Origin: Paraspadella gotoi
Lineage: Eukaryota > Animalia > Chaetognatha
Assembly (NCBI GenBank): GCA_051294375.1
Contig: JBJCIZ010000077.1
Location: 35,884-47,745, forward strand
Reading direction: 5' to 3'
DNA: 11,862 bases
A program made the position numbers and the translations under genes. Below the pieces are notes generated by a model. The model had not been told where the DNA came from. It made no database searches and saw nothing but the letters and a program-made list of their open reading frames with translations. Of this stretch, positions 8,530 through 11,862 are shown piece by piece (position 1 is the stretch's first letter; every line of letters starts with the position of its first letter).

Positions 8530-11328
8530 CTAGGCAGAAAACAATGAATTAAAGTCTTTTTTAGTTTCTAAGCGAGGTAAGAGGGCTCGAGCTTTGATTC
8601 GAGCTTTTAAAAATCCATCGCGTCGATCAAACCCACATACTGATTGACATGCCGCTGTCATCTCCTTAATAATTCTTTCTACAGGCTGCGTATGACAATT
8701 AAATTTTGTAATAGCTAATAGAACATCTACTATTTTCTTAATATCTTCAATGTTAAGATCGACAGTAAAAATAGGCTCAAAAAGTAATGTCATCCCAGTT
8801 GATTATATATATAATAGAACGCCAATTAAAGTTGAGAGGAGGAGGTTCAAAATTTTCGTGGAGAACTGTCACCTTTGGTGCTGCCATTACGAATATGAAG
8901 TAACTTTTTGACAGCAAACTCACGGTGCTCTTTATCGTCAGAGGCAGTCAAAGCAACTAAAATATTCTCTGGATGAGCAAAATAGGACTTAACATAGGGA
9001 GAAACTATTTTGCTAACAGCCTTAGGCAGGAAACGTAGAAAGCGTATCTGAGCCAAAACGTGAAAAGGAGCAGAAAGTATTGATGGTTCTGCTTTTATAG
9101 CGAACAATAGAGGACAATAATTTGAAATAATAAAGTGTACAATCTTATTAACCGAATTTTTAGCATTTAAACTTAAATCATTCTTTTTTCATGTAAAGGA
9201 ATAAAAATCGACAAGCAGTTGTAAGCCAACGGGCGTGAAAAAATAGGACCAGGGGTCAAGCTTTTTAAATTCTAACAAAGGTTTCCCATTACAGAACCGA
9301 CTTTGAAGGCAAGAAATAAAATTTTTTTGGTCGCGGGAGAGATCATTAACTATCTCTTCAGAAATATAATATCTTCAGGCAGAGATTGGAGTGAAGCTTT
9401 CCTTCCATTGTAAATTTTCTACTTTGGAAAGAACATGTCCAATTTCTCCCTTAAAAGTTGATTTTCCCGAAGTTTCGCCACTTAGTTTCGCGATAAGATG
9501 ACGTAGAGGCAACTCGTTAGTGTGGAGCATACACACTGACCAGAGGCATCGTCGTCCAAGCAGCCTTTCCAGACTGGCAAAGACTCCGCCTCGATGGCCA
9601 GTGTTTACCGCCGTTGAATCACCTCCAATAACTCTGAAAAATGAGAAATTTTTTACTTCATTTATGGTTAACTTGATTCTTATAATATAAGAATATTTAA
9701 GATTCTAACTTGATGTTTTTGTCCAATTCATTTTGTTTAAGGAAGTTGTGAAGAGCGTTCGTCAATTGTTCTGCTTTTTTTCCCCCGGGAGTGAGATGAG
9801 TGAGATATTCTCCCACAGGATCTTTTTAATCCGTTTCAATTTTCCTTCGCTATCTTCTATCATCTTCAAAGTTTCCACTTCCTTTCCATCGAAAAATAGT
9901 CCTTCAACGGCACTATGTAGGCCTTCATTTTGCAGTTGTTTTCGTATCCGATCTCGTGCACGTCGAACTTTGTGACGGTCGATGATCTGCGACTGATCTT
10001 CGCCGGTGATGATTCCGTAGTCGATCAGAACCGCAGTCGCGATTGAAGCGATCATCCGATCGGACGCGGATGGCCACCGATTCTGCCTCACGCGCCAGAT
10101 TGTCGAGGCGTTGAATATTTTCTCCTAAAAATTAAAGCATGTATCACTTAATAATATACTTATTTGGAAGAAAAGAAAAATAAATATTTTAAAAGTATAT
10201 TTAATTGTAAGATAAAGATAAAAATTTTGGAAGTATCCTTAAGTTTTAATCTAAGTCTCACCACTGAAATGTAATTACTCTCCTTCTAAAACGTAATCTT
10301 CCGAAGAATCTGGTTGATCTTCAGCGTTAATAAGTAGACGAGGAGGGGCGCATGGAGGTTCTACTTCAATGAGGTCTACCGAGACATTCGGCGTTAAAAC
10401 GGGAAGAAGCCGTTCTTCTACCTTTAATATATAATTCAAAATTAATTACAGCTCATTAATTACAATTAATCAATAATATTTTAAATTACCTCTAACTGCC
10501 GATCAATTTTTTTCTGAAGAGTCTTTGTAGTTTGTCGATCTATAGTGCCTATCGCCATTTTCCCCCGTCCTACTCCCTTGTTCCGCTGATCGTAAATGAA
10601 GCGTAGTTCAAGAAGTGGAATCTTTTTTGCTTTGGGGCAAGTGCAGAGAATGTGGACCTTCCACTGACACTCTCCGTCGCATCCAAAATCCACACACGCT
10701 CTGATGTCGCATTTGCAGCTTACAATGTCAAACAGGCGGTCCAGACGAGAAACAAAGTTTTGGAGTCGTTGGCCGGTCCCAGCTGATTGATGCCGCTTTG
10801 TCAACTCCTCCCATGAACGCTTAATTCGATTCGCAGTCAAGGAAGAGTTTGTTCGGCGAAAAACGTCACAGACAGTTTCGGCTACAGACTTGAAGAATGC
10901 GTAGTTTGTAGTCGCTCCTTCCAGCTAAAAAAAGGTGGTTTTTTTTCTAGCGGCACATAGTGATTGTAAGTAAAATATCTTCTGAGATAAAAAAATTACT
11001 TATTTAACTTAATTTGACTAAATTAGTATTATTGTNNNNNNNNNNNNNNNNNNNNNNNNNNNNNNNNNNNNNNNNNNNNNNNNNNNNNNNNNNNNNNNNN
11101 NNNNNNNNNNNNNNNNNNNNNNNNNNNNNNNNNNNNNNNNNNNNNNNNNNNNNNNNNNNNNNNNNNNNNNNNNNNNNNNNNNNNNNNNNNNNNNNNNNNN
11201 NNNNNNNNNNNNNNNNNNNNNNNNNNNNNNNNNNNNNNNNNNNNNNNNNNNNNNNNNNNNNNNNNNTTCGAATTTCCCAAAATTTCGTCCTCTTGACTGC
11301 GTGTTACTTTTTTTTTAAATTTCGGCAT
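8530..11328 (-). pseudogene. Spliced DDE transposase (divergent hAT-like), disrupted by frameshifts and stops as assembled
   Basis: Five track ORFs plus my translation of 9110-9633 join into one protein: MPKFKKKVTRS.., Cys/His domain (10490-10840), GLFFDG (D, 9888-9890), VIGGDSTAVNTG (D, 9618-9620), VCMLHTNELPLRH (CxxH), HARWLTTA, YFAHPEN, CHTQPVER (E, 8677-8679), stop at 8530. Inferred GT-AG introns: gap..10982, 10422-10489, 10125-10261, 9634-9709. Confidence 0.88.
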
Positions 11329-11473
11329 CGTACACGTCTGTTTTATCGAGCTATCTTAATTAAAATTCACTTTTATTTAAACTTATTTGAGGAAGAGTGG
11401 AGTTTCACAAATCTCAGCACGATAGTTTGATCATTAAGTGGCAGCCCTTTTACTCATAAAATCCTGACCTGTC

Positions 11474-11511
11474 ATTGGTCAATTAATTTTCTTTTCATTT
11501 TTTTATTGGTC
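11474..11511 (-). promoter_or_regulatory. Two GACCAAT (CCAAT) boxes upstream of the transposase ATG; putative promoter
   Basis: ATTGGTC at 11474-11480 and 11505-11511 (31 bp apart), ~150-180 bp upstream of ATG 11328. Confidence 0.4.
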
Positions 11512-11830
11512 AAATTATTTTTATCTCAGAACACAGTATCCATCCGCGAAAAAAAATAAATCTTGAGAAACCGGAATTTGTTATTGTGAAGATAAAAATA
11601 AATTAGTAAAAAATTCTACGAATTAAAAAATTCGATTGAATTCACAATTTTTTTTTAATGGGGTATCCTTGCATATTAAAAAAAGGTATCAATCGCTCCA
11701 GGCTAATGACCAATAACCATGACATAAATTTGACGTAAAGTTTAGTAAACTGAAAGTGTCATGAATATATTATAAAATAAACTAAAAGGTGTAATAAATA
11801 AGTGGTATAAATAAGTAATATAATGAGGCG

Positions 11831-11862
11831 ACTTACCTTCGGTCTCTCTCTCTAAACCCTTC
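11831..11862 (-). other. Possible host exon end with a consensus 5' splice donor
   Basis: Minus strand reads ...GAGACCGAAG|GTAAGT (donor GT at 11836-11835). Only 26 bp of putative exon are visible. Confidence 0.3.

Larger units (their letters stand above)
8234..11705 (-). mobile_element. Full-length hAT-superfamily-like DNA transposon (3472 bp as assembled, including an N gap)
   Basis: TIR TAGCCTGGAGCGAT (8234-8247) / ATCGCTCCAGGCTA (11692-11705), 16/17 when extended. 8-bp TSD ATGACCAA at 8226-8233 and 11706-11713. 5'-TAG termini with an 8-bp TSD are hAT hallmarks. Contains a transposase. Confidence 0.92.

Noticed and set aside
9733-11430. Plus-strand ORFs 9733-9975 and 11014-11430
   Set aside because: The first is an antisense shadow of the transposase; the second is mostly N gap.
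8224-11715. Alternative boundary readings: TA TSD (Tc1/mariner), or AAT 3-bp / 10-bp TSD
   Set aside because: They are possible because of the 7-bp periodic target, but TAG..CTA termini with an 8-bp TSD give the longest TIR and agree with the CxxH/RW-type transposase.

Overview
AT-rich eukaryotic DNA, probably invertebrate, made almost entirely of nested transposable elements; two N gaps (334-358, ~11036-11267). (1) A 3.47-kb hAT-superfamily-like DNA transposon at 8234-11705 has 14-bp perfect TIRs (TAGCCTGGAGCGAT) and a perfect 8-bp TSD (ATGACCAA). It carries a minus-strand, intron-containing DDE transposase (D..D..CxxH..RW..E plus an N-terminal Cys/His-rich domain) broken by frameshifts and stops. 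(2) A ~2.2-kb segment is present twice in inverted orientation (~380-2665 and ~5236-7442). Each copy holds a ~1.7-kb DINE-1/HINE-type non-autonomous Helentron-like element that is interrupted at the same site by a ~370-bp solo LTR with a 4-bp TSD. (3) The 2.6-kb spacer holds a 20-bp repeat array, a GC-rich structured island and a ~380-bp fold-back MITE. The other short ORFs in the track are judged spurious. All alignments were done by eye, and family names come from recalled motifs, not database searches.
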